This document shows, piece by piece, positions 7,940 through 19,400 of a stretch of DNA of 64,000 nucleotides. Every line of letters starts with the position of its first letter. Positions within the stretch are counted from its first letter, which is position 1. Source of the stretch: a virus. Lineage: Duplodnaviria > Caudoviricetes. The stretch lies in the IMG/VR virus record IMGVR_UViG_2882253857_000001, positions 1-64,000 of that record; one strand, written 5' to 3'. Both the position numbers and the translations under genes were made by a program. A model generated the notes under the pieces. It saw nothing but the letters and a program-made list of their open reading frames with translations, was not told the DNA's origin and made no database searches.

Positions 7940-10138
7940 TCATGATGGACGATTAGTTGTGAAGTAAAGACCACTAGGAGGCCAGTTTTGATTTTCTGTC
8001 CTTCCGTGATTGTGTGTAGGCAAAGCGAAATTGTGTCCATGACTTTCGTAGTCATTTCTCAAAGAATTAATTTGTGATTGTAGATAATTTAATTGTGATG
8101 ATAAACCAGATATATTTGAAATAGACAAATCAAGCCCACTTACCGAATACCTAAAATTAACATTCCCTTGAAATGTTGTTTCACCTTGTACATATATCGG
8201 ATTACTTGTGCTGTTTGAACCCAAAAACAGATTGTTTGAGAATAGAGTTAGCCCACTACTTCGATAGGCATTTATTTCACCTGCATATCCTCCATTAGAA
8301 CCCCAAAAGGATATAGAAGCAACATCATCATTTGAACTAGTAGTTATAGCAATTCGGTTATTTCCGTTACTATCGAAAGTCCCAAGTCCGGTTGAATTGA
8401 TCTGAATCATCCGTCCAGAAGCTGCTGTTCTCAGAGTAGAACCTGTTATTAAAGAAGCTGATATATTGCCTCTGAAATCTCCGCTTTGCGCTACCATGTG
8501 TCCTGATGGATCTACCGTAAACGTTCCTCCACCAACATTAATTGAGGAGCCTATAATAGCCCCTCCTTGAAAGTTAGAGCTATTAATCTGAGCTGAATTA
8601 GCTGTAAGCTTATTAGCTACTAAGTTACCTTTCATATCAACTCTAAATGGTGCGCTGTTGAAATTAGCATGACCAGCAGCAATGCCGTTTGTATTGATTT
8701 GGGTAACGTCGTTTCCGCTGCCTATCAACATAGAAACGAAATCACCAAACTGGCCTGTTACCGTTTCGGCTAATACGCCTTTAGCAGTGATTGCAGCCCT
8801 AACCGTTTTCCATCCATCAGTTGAAATCCCAATTCCTTTGGATGTAAGCCGAACCTGTTCTAATGGATTTGTTTTCTCTTGGGCTAAAATACCGCCCTCT
8901 GGAGGATATATAAGTTCCGTTTTACTATTGTTAATATCAGCTATGACTTGTTTTGCGGCAGCTTCGAAAACCTCTGTTCTTATCTTGCCGTTAGAGAACA
9001 TATTATCGACCAGGTCTTTACTCTTTTGGAGATCCGCTATGATATCCTCGTAATCATGTGGCCTGACGTTTGAAATGGTTGGTTGGCTATGTTTGTCTTT
9101 ACTATAAGGATATTCAATCAATTCAGTTATTCGAGCCTTAAGCTTGTTCATATCCATTTTAGGATCGATACAGGTTACTACATCGCCTAGATTCGGCTTA
9201 GGCTCTGTTTTATCGATCTTAAAAAGGTCTGCTGAAGATATAGTTGCTTCAAGCTCTGGCTGCTCTTGCTCACGTAACTTATTGCGCATGGCTTCCAGCA
9301 GGTCTTCTGGATCTTCGATATCCTGATTGATAAGTTCTCCATCATAAAAAGGAACGCTATCACTCGCCCAATATGAAGCGTAAGGAGAGATCAGATAGTT
9401 AACCTCCAGCTTACCATTCACTATGGCTCCTGGGACTTGTGAGAGCAGCGTACGTTCTTCTTGGGTCAATTTAGATGCGTCCATTCCTATGAATGTACGA
9501 CCATCCTTCATCTGCCCGAATAAGCGAGTAACAAGCTTTTCACCAATATCCTTGAACGAGCTACTAACGATGTTTTTCTTGAGCCGGTACTGTAATCCGC
9601 TGTCGGTTCCGATCTTCTTCTTGAGGTGGATAACGAAATTATCCGGTTCCACTTCACATTCATACATCTTGATTACATCGTTAAGAGCCTGTAGGCAGTC
9701 TCCGCGCCCCCAATCCTTAACGTCATGCAAGGCGAATGTATCATGAATCTGAAACTTGAAACGCCCACCTGTAGCCGCTGTAATAGAGTCTGTAAGCGTT
9801 GTAATATGAACACCATACGCCTCATCGATATAACTGGAATAAGGGAATTTAAAGTCATTAAGTTTGAACATAACATGATTGCAATAGATGTTCGCTGTAA
9901 GTTTTCTTCCTTCCCGTGATCTACTTCGGGACTGAATGACATAAAACTGGCCACGCTCATCTCGAACGTGGCCTTTGATTTTAATCTTCTCCTGATAATC
10001 TTCGCTTGTCATCGGGACCATGAATGTTAATTCATAGTCGCTGTTAATACGTCTTCGGCGTTCTATATCATATGCATCTATTAATGTGCCAGTGCGCCTC
10101 ATGTTTTTATCAAATACTTGCATAGTTTTATTAGGCAA
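7940..10138 (-). CDS. Tail spike/Tal (prophage endopeptidase tail family)
   Basis: RRRINSDYELTF, EPDNF, KKKIG.D, TRL.G; ISTDGWKT...AIT. Confidence 0.85.
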   Translation of the reverse strand: MPNKTMQVFDKNMRRTGTLIDAYDIERRRRINSDYELTFMVPMTSEDYQEKIKIKGHVRDERGQFYVIQSRSRSREGRKLTANIYCNHVMFKLNDFKFPYSSYIDEAYGVHITTLTDSITAATGGRFKFQIHDTFALHDVKDWGRGDCLQALNDVIKMYECEVEPDNFVIHLKKKIGTDSGLQYRLKKNIVSSSFKDIGEKLVTRLFGQMKDGRTFIGMDASKLTQEERTLLSQVPGAIVNGKLEVNYLISPYASYWASDSVPFYDGELINQDIEDPEDLLEAMRNKLREQEQPELEATISSADLFKIDKTEPKPNLGDVVTCIDPKMDMNKLKARITELIEYPYSKDKHSQPTISNVRPHDYEDIIADLQKSKDLVDNMFSNGKIRTEVFEAAAKQVIADINNSKTELIYPPEGGILAQEKTNPLEQVRLTSKGIGISTDGWKTVRAAITAKGVLAETVTGQFGDFVSMLIGSGNDVTQINTNGIAAGHANFNSAPFRVDMKGNLVANKLTANSAQINSSNFQGGAIIGSSINVGGGTFTVDPSGHMVAQSGDFRGNISASLITGSTLRTAASGRMIQINSTGLGTFDSNGNNRIAITTSSNDDVASISFWGSNGGYAGEINAYRSSGLTLFSNNLFLGSNSTSNPIYVQGETTFQGNVNFRYSVSGLDLSISNISGLSSQLNYLQSQINSLRNDYESHGHNFALPTHNHGRTENQNWPPSGLYFTTNRPS

Positions 10139-10152
10139 AGTATCACCCCTTT

Positions 10153-10671
10153 TTAGTACAAGAACTTATCTCGATGGGTTATTCTGAATAAGATCGTTCT
10201 TCCGGTTGCTGGGTCTGTCCAGGTAAGATTGTTAGTCCCTAGATTAAGATCAAAGAAATCACCTTCATACAAATGTGACGCATTAACTCCGTTCTGTGTG
10301 ATTTTAAACTTTTCAGAATCGATCACGATCTTATCTCCAGGAGAAAACGGGCCAGTAAATTCAATCTCATCGACATGATATCTACTAGCCTTTCCCTGCA
10401 AGGAAGAAATACCATGCATAATAGCTGATGCCATTCGTTCTAAGTTGCAGGAAGCTGACACGCCACTTTCAGCGTCCATTCTGGCTACAAAGAAAACTTC
10501 ACGAGTAAAGTCAGATTGCATCCCGCTATACCCGCCTAATACGGCTCTACCACCTACCTCTACCGTTGATTTTGATATCATACCAGCGCATCCGTTAAGC
10601 ACTGCTCGACCAAAAACAAATGTTGTTAGTGGACGATTATAAGGCGTTCTGTTGAATGGTCCTCCAAACAT
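10153..10671 (-). CDS. Tail protein with distal tail (Dit) C-terminal-like domain
   Basis: PGDKIVIDSE...NG.N....EGDFFDL..G.N.L. Confidence 0.7.
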   Translation of the reverse strand: MFGGPFNRTPYNRPLTTFVFGRAVLNGCAGMISKSTVEVGGRAVLGGYSGMQSDFTREVFFVARMDAESGVSASCNLERMASAIMHGISSLQGKASRYHVDEIEFTGPFSPGDKIVIDSEKFKITQNGVNASHLYEGDFFDLNLGTNNLTWTDPATGRTILFRITHRDKFLY

Positions 10672-10689
10672 ATTCCCACTTCCTTTAGG

Positions 10690-10707
10690 TCAGGAAAATT
10701 TTCCTTG
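10690..10707. repeat. Palindromic site TCAGGAAAATTTTCCTTG (parS-like copy 1)
   Basis: 2 mismatches to TCAGGAAAATTTTCCTGA; intergenic. Confidence 0.8.
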
Positions 10708-10708
10708 G

Positions 10709-10849
10709 CTATTCAAAATCAATTCCGGTGATCTCCTTGTACTGCTCCGCCGTGATCTCTCCAAACGGATTGGACTCAGTGATCACCGCACCCTTCAGGG
10801 CATCCGCTGTTACCCATTTCATCGTAAATGCTAATGTCCAAAACTTCAT
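10709..10849 (-). CDS. XkdX-family small protein (not in ORF track)
   Basis: MKFWTLAFTMKWVTADALKGAVITESNPFGEITAEQYKEITGIDFE. Confidence 0.85.
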   Translation of the reverse strand: MKFWTLAFTMKWVTADALKGAVITESNPFGEITAEQYKEITGIDFE

Positions 10850-11400
10850 GCCTGATCCGCTCCTTTTAATTTAATGACTTCAAGCTTGGTTGCCGCCAGC
10901 TCCGCACCTAAAGCACCGATAGTCTGTTGCTGCTGTATACCCTCTAGCTTGGACTGTACAAGCTGTTCTCCCATACTACCGACTAACGCCTGCTGCTGAA
11001 TGTTTTGTAGCTTCATGGCCGTCAGTTCTTCGCCTAGCAGATCGGTCGCCGTTGGCTCCTGCGGCTGCGGCTTAGTCAGCTCCTCTATTTCCTCCGCGCT
11101 CAATCCTTCCGACCAATACCCCGATGGATCGGTCTGCTCGCCCTCTTCCCTCGCTTCCCACGCCGCCAAATCAAACTGCGGCAGATAAAGCCCCTGCGGT
11201 ACCGGCACACCAACGATGTACCCCGCAATCTCTGGTTCGGTCTCTTCCTCTTCTTCGTCAACTGCCGCCTCGATATCGGTTTCCGTCTCTGGCGGATCGG
11301 CATAAAAAGGGACGACACCGGAAAAGGCATCGTCCACTAGCGTATCCTCTATATAGAGGCCGTCTGTATTTACTTTAGGTACTGCTTTCAAGTTGATCAC
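10846..11400 (-). CDS. Tail-fibre-associated protein
   Basis: VPQGLY.P.FD...W; coiled-coil C-terminus; between RBP and XkdX. Confidence 0.65.
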   Translation of the reverse strand: MINLKAVPKVNTDGLYIEDTLVDDAFSGVVPFYADPPETETDIEAAVDEEEEETEPEIAGYIVGVPVPQGLYLPQFDLAAWEAREEGEQTDPSGYWSEGLSAEEIEELTKPQPQEPTATDLLGEELTAMKLQNIQQQALVGSMGEQLVQSKLEGIQQQQTIGALGAELAATKLEVIKLKGADQA

Positions 11401-11403
11401 TCC

Positions 11404-14400
11404 TTATTGTTCGGCTTCGAATACAATCCCATCTAGTGACGTCCACTCATTGGCAGTTCCCTGCACAATAATCTCTCCTGTTGGGTTAACACTACAATGC
11501 ATAGGAACTTTTGTTCCAATATTTGACCCAACTATGCCGAAATTATACTGTAACTTAGGGCGGTAACCAACAGGAAGCTGAAAAACAACTGTACCAAGTA
11601 CCCCATTTGAAATAAGTCCTACTATATGAACTAAGCCAAATTGATCCTTATAGTATTTAGCAATAGTGCCTTTTGCACCATATCTTATCCATCCATTTAG
11701 TAATGTCGGCGTAATCCACCCCGGCGCATCCTTCTCCGCTTTCTCCATCGCCAGCACCGATACACCGTGTAACGCTTCGGCTACGCCTGCGGTCAAGTCA
11801 ACAAGCTGCGCCTTTTCGTTAGCGGCTATCTCGCCAGTGATCGGGACAACTGGCGATTTGTCGAGCTTGAGGTAAGTGACGCTGTAGGCTGCGGATGGGT
11901 CGTAGCTTGATAGACTTATATCAGCGTACTCGTTCCCACCGCCATAATTTGCTTTTTGAACATTCCATCCCTTATCAACAGCACTGTTTTTAAAGATTTC
12001 CAAGAATCTGTCTAACTTATTTTTAAGACCTGAACCGGGATAGTTAGGAGAACTTGGAGCATTGATTCCGACGTATCCAAGTCCAGTGTTTATATACGGA
12101 TTCGTCCGTTCCCGCAACACAATCCCCGTACCTACTTCTATCGCGTTATCTCCCTCAGAAAGAGTCAGGCAGCCTTCATGCGCGACAGGTTCGACTACAT
12201 CGGTGCCTAGGCGGTATAGGAGATTATATGGATGGTATTCATATCCGCCTGTAACCGGAGCTATACATGTCGGAACGTCATGAAGGACATAACCAAACCA
12301 ACCATTAGAACCTATGACGTTTGATGGATGGGCGATGGCTCCCCAACATTTAACCTCTCCAACAGCTCCTGTATATAGTTGCGATGTATTACCATCACAC
12401 ATCCTCCACCCGTTAAAATACGCCTTAATCTCGTCTGCTGTCGGTGTGTAGGCGTCTCCCCATCCGCTGTCCGCGTTAGAGATTGATAGTAAAAGAGAAT
12501 TTATATCTAAATATATCTGACCTGCTGGAAGATTTGCAGAACTACCAAATTTCATTTGAGTTCCATCATATTTAATAGCAAACGCAGCATTGCCCTGGTT
12601 AGCCCACCTCAAAGAATCGTCTATCCAAACTTCTTTAAGTCCAGGTCTGCTTTGACGAAATGTAAATGGTTGTGTTCCATCCAGTACAACCTTCCGCCAT
12701 TTCGCCCGTCTAAAATACTGACCGTTCTTTTCATACAGTTCATCGGCATCCGCGCCAGTATCCGGGTTAGCGTGTAACTCCGTCTGAAACGCCAGCATAG
12801 ACAATATCTCGGCATCCGCGCTCTTACTCGCCCGGCGGAAGATATACGGATTCTCGACCCCAATAATACCCCTTCGCCCTTGCCCGTTGATCTCTGATTT
12901 ACCTTTAATTGACCCGATGTTAAACCGTGCGTCACGGGCTGCCTTGATCGTCTGTAATCCTGGTTGGAGCGTGAGTTTAGATGTACTGGCGGCATTAAGT
13001 CGATCTGATAGAGCATCGATATCCTTCCGGTTATTCTCAACATTGGCCTGGATATAGGTATCCGCAAAGTCCTGCCGATCATTCTGCGTTTTAAGCTCCG
13101 AAATATTGCCAACTGCGTCAGATAATGTAGCACTAATCCCCGCTTTGTAGCTTACGTCTAGCTGCGTTACGTTGGCGGTGTAGTCGTATTTGTCTAGGGT
13201 TGTATATGTCACGTAGTAATCGGCGTTAGGGTCAACGTCTTTTTCCGCCGCTTCGGCGTAAGCCATGCCGTTGTTACTCGCGACATATATCCACCAAACC
13301 GGATCAGGATCGGCCTCTTTATAGACTTGTAGAATTCGGTTTGTTCTCTTGCTCGTACTAGTAACACCAGAAATAAAATACACACCGTTAGCGTTCTTTT
13401 GCAGCTTTACTTTCTCCCGCTGAATAATCCCTGTCGCTACCGTCAACTGATTACCGCCAGGATGCAGCGATATAGCGCCCTCAGTCTTAATAGGCTTGAT
13501 CTCCGGTTTGTCTAGCGCATAGTCTAGTGTGGCGTAGCAATCCCAGTTAGGTGCTTTGTTAGTGGATACGTAAGCTTCCGTGTTGGTTGCTGGTGCTTTT
13601 CCATCTAGAAGTGATATCCATGACGTATATTTGCTACCGTCGTTGGCTGCAGCCTTCCAGCCATTCATCAAGGCTTTGATGGCGTTGGGATTTGGATTTA
13701 TACTATCAACCCAGCCACTTTCGCTATTGGCAATTGTCAAAGCACAGCCGCCACTATCAGCACCCATGTCCCAAACTAGCACCTGATCAGATTCTGTCCA
13801 GGTTCCTGTGCCGCTTGCGGGAGCTGAGTTCAATGCTTTTCCCGTGTATTTTATTGCTCTCTGAATGTTACGGATAAAATTATTACTACCTAATAAATAG
13901 CGAACTTCTTTAAATCCAATATAATCTCTATAGCCCATCTTCCAAGGAAAATCACCCGTTAACTTAATACCTCTCTCAACACGCCTAATCAACTCAGCTT
14001 TATCTAACCTGACCCTTACCTCGTCACGATAACCTGCTACCTCTGCAAGCGTCTCAGGGATTATAAGCTGCTGCGGCTTAGCAGGTTCAAACGGCGTGGC
14101 TTTGTCTCCTATTTCCAATTGCCAGCTATTAAAGGTGTATGTGCCAGCCGGGAGTGAGCCAGAAGGAGCGTAGTTGGTAAAAGCTATCGTAACGGCTCTG
14201 TTTGACCCTGTATTAAATTTAACCTCTTGGTTCGATGTATGCGCCACTATGTTAGACGATCTATCTTCTGTAGCTACTGCTACTTTGCCGTTATGCTCCA
14301 CCTTGAGAACCATCGTGGTGTTAGGCATAACAGGTACAGTGATATACGAGGCGTCATTAGACCCTTTTGCATTCAGCATCAACTCGTAAGGTGCTGTCAT

Positions 14401-15444
14401 CTTTGCGTTAGCATGTAGGGTATCCGGCAGGCTAGGCAATAAGTTTTTACTAGGGTGATAGACAGACGCTCCCTGTACATGCTGCACACCGTCCACATGC
14501 GGCAGATAGTCCCGTATGTTAGTCTCATTGATATCTACACCTATACGGTTATAGAGTTCGTCCGAAACCTCGTACAGGCCTGCGCCGTCCCACTGTGTCC
14601 AAGTATCTGCGGGCACAGGAGAGTTGTTATAAAGGAGGAGCATAAGGTCACCGCGATCTTCGGTCGGAGCGATCTTTACAAAGTGTGTTTTATTGGCAGA
14701 AGATGGGTCTGTACCACCAAGTTTGTTGCCTCCTTGTGTGTTTGTTTTAAACACAGCCATAAATGCCAGTCCCGCCCCGTCAGTGACCGCATCGGCTATA
14801 AGCACATACTTCTTCCCGGCGGATATAGGGATGCTTTGACGATAAATGTACCGATAAGAAGTAGTGTTACTAGCTTTAGACAATAACCTTTGAGCCTTGA
14901 TACCATAGGCTACTTTTTCGGAAGATAATAGTTGGCTTGCCCCTCCACTAGAGATCCATCCATCCGCCAGCCCGTCATTATTACTATCAACCTCAAAATT
15001 ACCGTAACTCCCGAGCAAATTGACCCTAGTCTGGCCATACACCGTCATATCTACCGCACTAGCCTGATCCGTATTGATTACGGATGTACCGGGGCCTAGT
15101 GTGGTGGTTAAGTCTGTAGCATCTATTTGTTTATATAAGTCTTCTATATTTTCTTTAAATGTATCATGGTCGTAAGCTGTTACATATCTAGCTACTTTAA
15201 TACCAGTTCCCCAACTCTGAGCTTTGCCCTGATACCCTCTTGTTACTCCCGTAAGTACAGTACCGTTCTTTTTCGTATAAAGTATTGTTTCAGAGGATTC
15301 ATCTGTTCCTATTGTTAAAAGGTTTGGGCCGTCAAGTACAGCAGATGGATCTACAACTTTTATTGTTGTTTGCTGAGCAGTGATTGCTTCAGCAAGCTCA
15401 GTACCCGGGCTATTGGCTTGAGCGGAATACATAGTTTTCATCAA
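11404..15444 (-). CDS. Receptor-binding/tail fibre protein with internal duplication
   Basis: 1346 aa; CBM-like NLL..GNFE segment; C-terminal WITPTLLNGW...LP.GYRP tip. Confidence 0.85.
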   Translation of the reverse strand: MMKTMYSAQANSPGTELAEAITAQQTTIKVVDPSAVLDGPNLLTIGTDESSETILYTKKNGTVLTGVTRGYQGKAQSWGTGIKVARYVTAYDHDTFKENIEDLYKQIDATDLTTTLGPGTSVINTDQASAVDMTVYGQTRVNLLGSYGNFEVDSNNDGLADGWISSGGASQLLSSEKVAYGIKAQRLLSKASNTTSYRYIYRQSIPISAGKKYVLIADAVTDGAGLAFMAVFKTNTQGGNKLGGTDPSSANKTHFVKIAPTEDRGDLMLLLYNNSPVPADTWTQWDGAGLYEVSDELYNRIGVDINETNIRDYLPHVDGVQHVQGASVYHPSKNLLPSLPDTLHANAKMTAPYELMLNAKGSNDASYITVPVMPNTTMVLKVEHNGKVAVATEDRSSNIVAHTSNQEVKFNTGSNRAVTIAFTNYAPSGSLPAGTYTFNSWQLEIGDKATPFEPAKPQQLIIPETLAEVAGYRDEVRVRLDKAELIRRVERGIKLTGDFPWKMGYRDYIGFKEVRYLLGSNNFIRNIQRAIKYTGKALNSAPASGTGTWTESDQVLVWDMGADSGGCALTIANSESGWVDSINPNPNAIKALMNGWKAAANDGSKYTSWISLLDGKAPATNTEAYVSTNKAPNWDCYATLDYALDKPEIKPIKTEGAISLHPGGNQLTVATGIIQREKVKLQKNANGVYFISGVTSTSKRTNRILQVYKEADPDPVWWIYVASNNGMAYAEAAEKDVDPNADYYVTYTTLDKYDYTANVTQLDVSYKAGISATLSDAVGNISELKTQNDRQDFADTYIQANVENNRKDIDALSDRLNAASTSKLTLQPGLQTIKAARDARFNIGSIKGKSEINGQGRRGIIGVENPYIFRRASKSADAEILSMLAFQTELHANPDTGADADELYEKNGQYFRRAKWRKVVLDGTQPFTFRQSRPGLKEVWIDDSLRWANQGNAAFAIKYDGTQMKFGSSANLPAGQIYLDINSLLLSISNADSGWGDAYTPTADEIKAYFNGWRMCDGNTSQLYTGAVGEVKCWGAIAHPSNVIGSNGWFGYVLHDVPTCIAPVTGGYEYHPYNLLYRLGTDVVEPVAHEGCLTLSEGDNAIEVGTGIVLRERTNPYINTGLGYVGINAPSSPNYPGSGLKNKLDRFLEIFKNSAVDKGWNVQKANYGGGNEYADISLSSYDPSAAYSVTYLKLDKSPVVPITGEIAANEKAQLVDLTAGVAEALHGVSVLAMEKAEKDAPGWITPTLLNGWIRYGAKGTIAKYYKDQFGLVHIVGLISNGVLGTVVFQLPVGYRPKLQYNFGIVGSNIGTKVPMHCSVNPTGEIIVQGTANEWTSLDGIVFEAEQ

Positions 15445-15453
15445 AAATCCTCC

Positions 15454-15891
15454 TTATTCCAGCGTTAAAACGATTTGTCCCGTAAGCATTTTAAAAATGT
15501 CATTAGTCAGTATTGAGCGCGGGGTATCTAGCGCACCGAAATAGAGCAAATTTCCGCCAGTTGCTGCATCTCTAATGCCAATGTGGGTTATTTGTCCCCA
15601 ATTAGCTGATGCTGTAGGCATAACAACATCAATGTTGTTCTTGATTGTCCTTTTTGATATTGAGACTTGCTGGCCTGTTGTTGGATGGAAGATTGTATAG
15701 TTCTCAGATGTAGGCGCTCCAAACGTAACCTCCTTGCGTACATAACCACCTCCAGACACCTCTTGTCCTGTATCAGCAGCTGTTGGATTACTTGTATAAA
15801 GGGCAAGATAAACTTTACTAGGCCTTGTATAGGCGGAATTTCTAAACACCTGATTTAGCAATGCGGTCGATAAGTAATTAGACATGTTCAT
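15454..15891 (-). CDS. Minor tail/baseplate protein
   Basis: MSNYL...YLALYT..P...EVSGGGY.R...WG.ITH.GI.DAATGGNLL. Confidence 0.8.
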   Translation of the reverse strand: MNMSNYLSTALLNQVFRNSAYTRPSKVYLALYTSNPTAADTGQEVSGGGYVRKEVTFGAPTSENYTIFHPTTGQQVSISKRTIKNNIDVVMPTASANWGQITHIGIRDAATGGNLLYFGALDTPRSILTNDIFKMLTGQIVLTLE

Positions 15892-15898
15892 AATAAGA

Positions 15899-16456
15899 TC
15901 ACCCTTCCATTAGGTATTCGTTCTTTATTTTGAAGCTCTGTAATGTTGTTGTTCCTATGTTGGTTAGTACAATCACCGGGCTGGCTCGTTCATCGCCGAT
16001 AGACTGCACTGAAATAACTTGTGGTGAACTAGTAATTGTCACCTCAGTGATTCTCTCATCGCTCACAGGGAACGGGTTCTCACCCATTTTGATAGGGATC
16101 GTAATATTTCCATCAAAGATCAACTTTTCAATGGCTATTGTTCCAGCATATCTTCCGATATATCGCTTTCCCGGACGATCCGAAAAGGTGAACACGATAT
16201 CCCCTTTTTTTGCATTAAAAAGAGCCGCCACTTGGGCGACTCTGTTCTGGTAATCAATTGTCGTATCGTTTGCCATGATTACACAATCAAGGTCAAATGT
16301 TCTCGGGCCGTATGCGCTGCCAAAATCTATTTCTCCATCTCGTTCAGCAAGTTCAATGCTGTTGTCCCTAGTAGGTGGCAAGGGAGGAATATTGTGCTTC
16401 TTCACACCTAAGCCGATCGATTTTAGATCAACACCGTCGGCAGTAACTGTAATCAT
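15899..16456 (-). CDS. Distal tail protein (Dit), N-terminal part
   Basis: Follows TMP; RDG..DFG..YGPR.F, F.D.P.K.Y. Confidence 0.8.
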   Translation of the reverse strand: MITVTADGVDLKSIGLGVKKHNIPPLPPTRDNSIELAERDGEIDFGSAYGPRTFDLDCVIMANDTTIDYQNRVAQVAALFNAKKGDIVFTFSDRPGKRYIGRYAGTIAIEKLIFDGNITIPIKMGENPFPVSDERITEVTITSSPQVISVQSIGDERASPVIVLTNIGTTTLQSFKIKNEYLMEG

Positions 16457-19400
16457 CCTTTACCTCCTCCCCTGGCTTGCATGCGTCTAACAAAGGAATC
16501 TCGTTCTGACCAATACGCCCTTGCCGTAGACTCATCTTCAATATAAGTATCGCCTGAATTTACTGTGAAGTAATTATGGTTTATCTGCGGATTTGAGCCT
16601 CCAGAAACAGCTGGTAGTGTAAAACTTGGCATAGTGAAGTTAAGTGACGGCATCTTGAAGTTTAAGAGCTTGAACAAGTTACTCTGTTGTTTTTCATTAA
16701 GAAATGCCTCGCCAGCATGAGCAATTACAGGGACTTCTTGCCCCCTAACTCCTTGTACCACTCCACCTGTACTGAAATGCTGAAGCTTCTTACCGGGATC
16801 TTTTTCTAATCCGTATTTCTTTCTTAATGATTCGTTTTCAGCATGAGCAGCCATTTTCTCTTCTTTCGATGCTTTCTCATTATGCCACTTATCTATGTTG
16901 TTGTTATAACGGATCAAGTCCTGTTCTTCTTCGGATAATCCGCTTTCTAAACTTCCTGATGGAGAAGGGGCAGAAAGTGAATTGATCCTGTTCATTTTAG
17001 CTTGATAGTCAGCGATAAATTGGTCGAGCTGCGCTAGGATTTCGGCATTCTTCTCGCTCTCTTTCATAATCTGTATTTGCTTAAGGTCTTCTGCCTTAAA
17101 TTCGATTTCGGAAGAGAATGTATCGAAGGCACTGGATAATTCGCGATAATGATCATTAGCGGCCTGGATTTGATCGTTATAATCCTTTTCCTTCTGCTTT
17201 TTCTCGTCTTGTAGCGCCTGCTTTTGGTCTTCAAGAGACTGCTTTGCAAGATAACGTTCATGCTCCCGCTGCATTTCCTCTATTTCCTTCTGAATCTCTT
17301 CTCTCTCTTTAATGCCATCGGGACCAACTGCTGACTGTAATTTCTCCAATCTTGCTTTCTTCTCAGCTAACTTTCGTTCATAGTCTTCTTCTACATATAT
17401 TCGACCCATAGCCTCTATCTGAGCATCGATAGCTTCGATCTTAGCATCTTGCGCAGCCAGAAACGCATCTCGTTCAGCTTCGATTGCCTTTACCGCTTCA
17501 TTTCGTACGGATTCGATTTTAGTCGTAATTGTCTTTGCGGTGACAGTGACTGATTGTTGTTCGTCCTGAAGCAGCTTCTTTCTTAGGGCATAGATCTGTT
17601 CATCTGCTTGCATTCGCTGATCGGTGCCTTCGCGATACATCTCCTGAATCTTTTCCCAAGCCTTAATCTCATCCTCTGTTGAGATTTGCTCCATCGCTTT
17701 TTGATGATTAAGGCGCTTTGTAAATTCCGAGAAGTATTCTTGCTCTACCGCCTTCTTCGCTGCGTATACTTGCTCGTCAAGCTTCATCCGCTCCTCTGTT
17801 CCCTCTTTATAACGGGCTTGAACACGCAAGAGCATCTTAAGTTCTTCTTCTGCTGATACTTCCCTTATCCCCTTCTGGTGGGAAATCCACTTCATCGAAG
17901 CATCATAGGCTTCTTTTTCTTTCTTGGCTATTTCCTCTGCAAGTTGCTTCCTCAAGGCGTATACTTTCTCATCCGCCTTAAGCCTTTGCTCAGAACCAGC
18001 CTTATACCTAGCCTGGACACGTTCCCAAGCTAGAAGTTCCTGTTGGGTATTCATGCGTCCAATAGCTTTCTGATGCTCGATATATTTTTGTGAAGCATCA
18101 AACTGTTTTTGAAGTGGATCGTCCTTCTTACTCTTGCTCTTTGACTTATCTTTTGAACCGCCTGATTTCGAGGAGCTTACACCAAAGTTTTTATCTTCAT
18201 ACATGCCTGATAGTGCCTTAATCTTCTCATCATACATATTCATTTCTTTTTCAAAGTCGTTGTAAATAGCATCGAAATCATTTGCCATGGTCTGTTTAAT
18301 GAGTTGAGAAGAATAACCTGGTACAAACATTGACATTAAATCATTGCCTGCTCCTACTGCCGCCTTGACCCCGTATAGATTTGACTTTAAGTCAGCCAGG
18401 CTTTTAATTGCCTTAGCTTCTATTCCATAAGCCTTAAGTCGTTCATCTGTGGCAGCCTTGACGTTAAATGCTGAATTCTTCTCCGCTTCAAGTTCATCAA
18501 TTGCTTTCTGTATTTTTGCTTTGCGAAGAGCATCAACAGCCCCTTCTTCAAACTTCCAACCATCAGCAGTTTTATAGATGGCATCTGCAAGTTGAGGGTA
18601 CTTGTTAATCAAATCAGCGGCATTGGCGGCATTGAGGGACTGTCCTTCAGCAAGATCTTTTGAGACAGAATTAAGCTCGCTGATCGCCTTGCTGTTCCCC
18701 TGAATCTGAGATTCAAGGTTTTCATGAGCTTTAATCAAATCGTCAGTAGATTGATATTGTTCATCCTGCGCGTCTGTAGCATCGTCTAAGCTGTCTTCGT
18801 AATCATCCATGCTGCCAGCAAGATTATCAGTGCTATCAGCAGCCGAAGCAGTCTTACCGTTAAGCATATCGAGACTGTCTTGACTGCTTTGAATTTGACT
18901 GTCTAATTGCTGCAATTTCTCACTGACATCAACTAGCTTTCGTGAGAATTCTTCGGTATTGTTGTTAGGATCGAAGTCTACATATAAATCATTTTTGAAA
19001 ATACCTTCGATACCTTTTAAGAGTCCGTGAAAATCAAAAAGACCGATTGTTCCATCGATCTTTCCTTTTAGATAATCAAGCTCTTTTTGAAGTTTTTCAC
19101 GGTCAACAACCAAATCACTAAGCCGTTTTTCTTCTATTACCTTTAATGCGTTCTTATATTCCTCAGAAAATGAAGACATCTTCTCGGCGTTAATTTCCAT
19201 CGCCTTTCCATCTTCATCCCATTGAGTTACCATTTCAGGCATGATCTTGCTTAGTTTTTCTATCACAGCAGTCAGTTCTTCTTTTGCCTTTTTGACCTCA
19301 TTACTGGATTTTGTATTGTCATCAACGATGCTCTTTAACTCTTTGTATTTCTCCGTGAGTGCATATGCATCACGTTCGTTTTGCTTAGTGGTATCAATTG

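Noticed and set aside
11404-15444. Diversity-generating retroelement or invertible tail fibre
   Set aside because: No reverse transcriptase, invertase or near-identical nucleotide repeat pair seen
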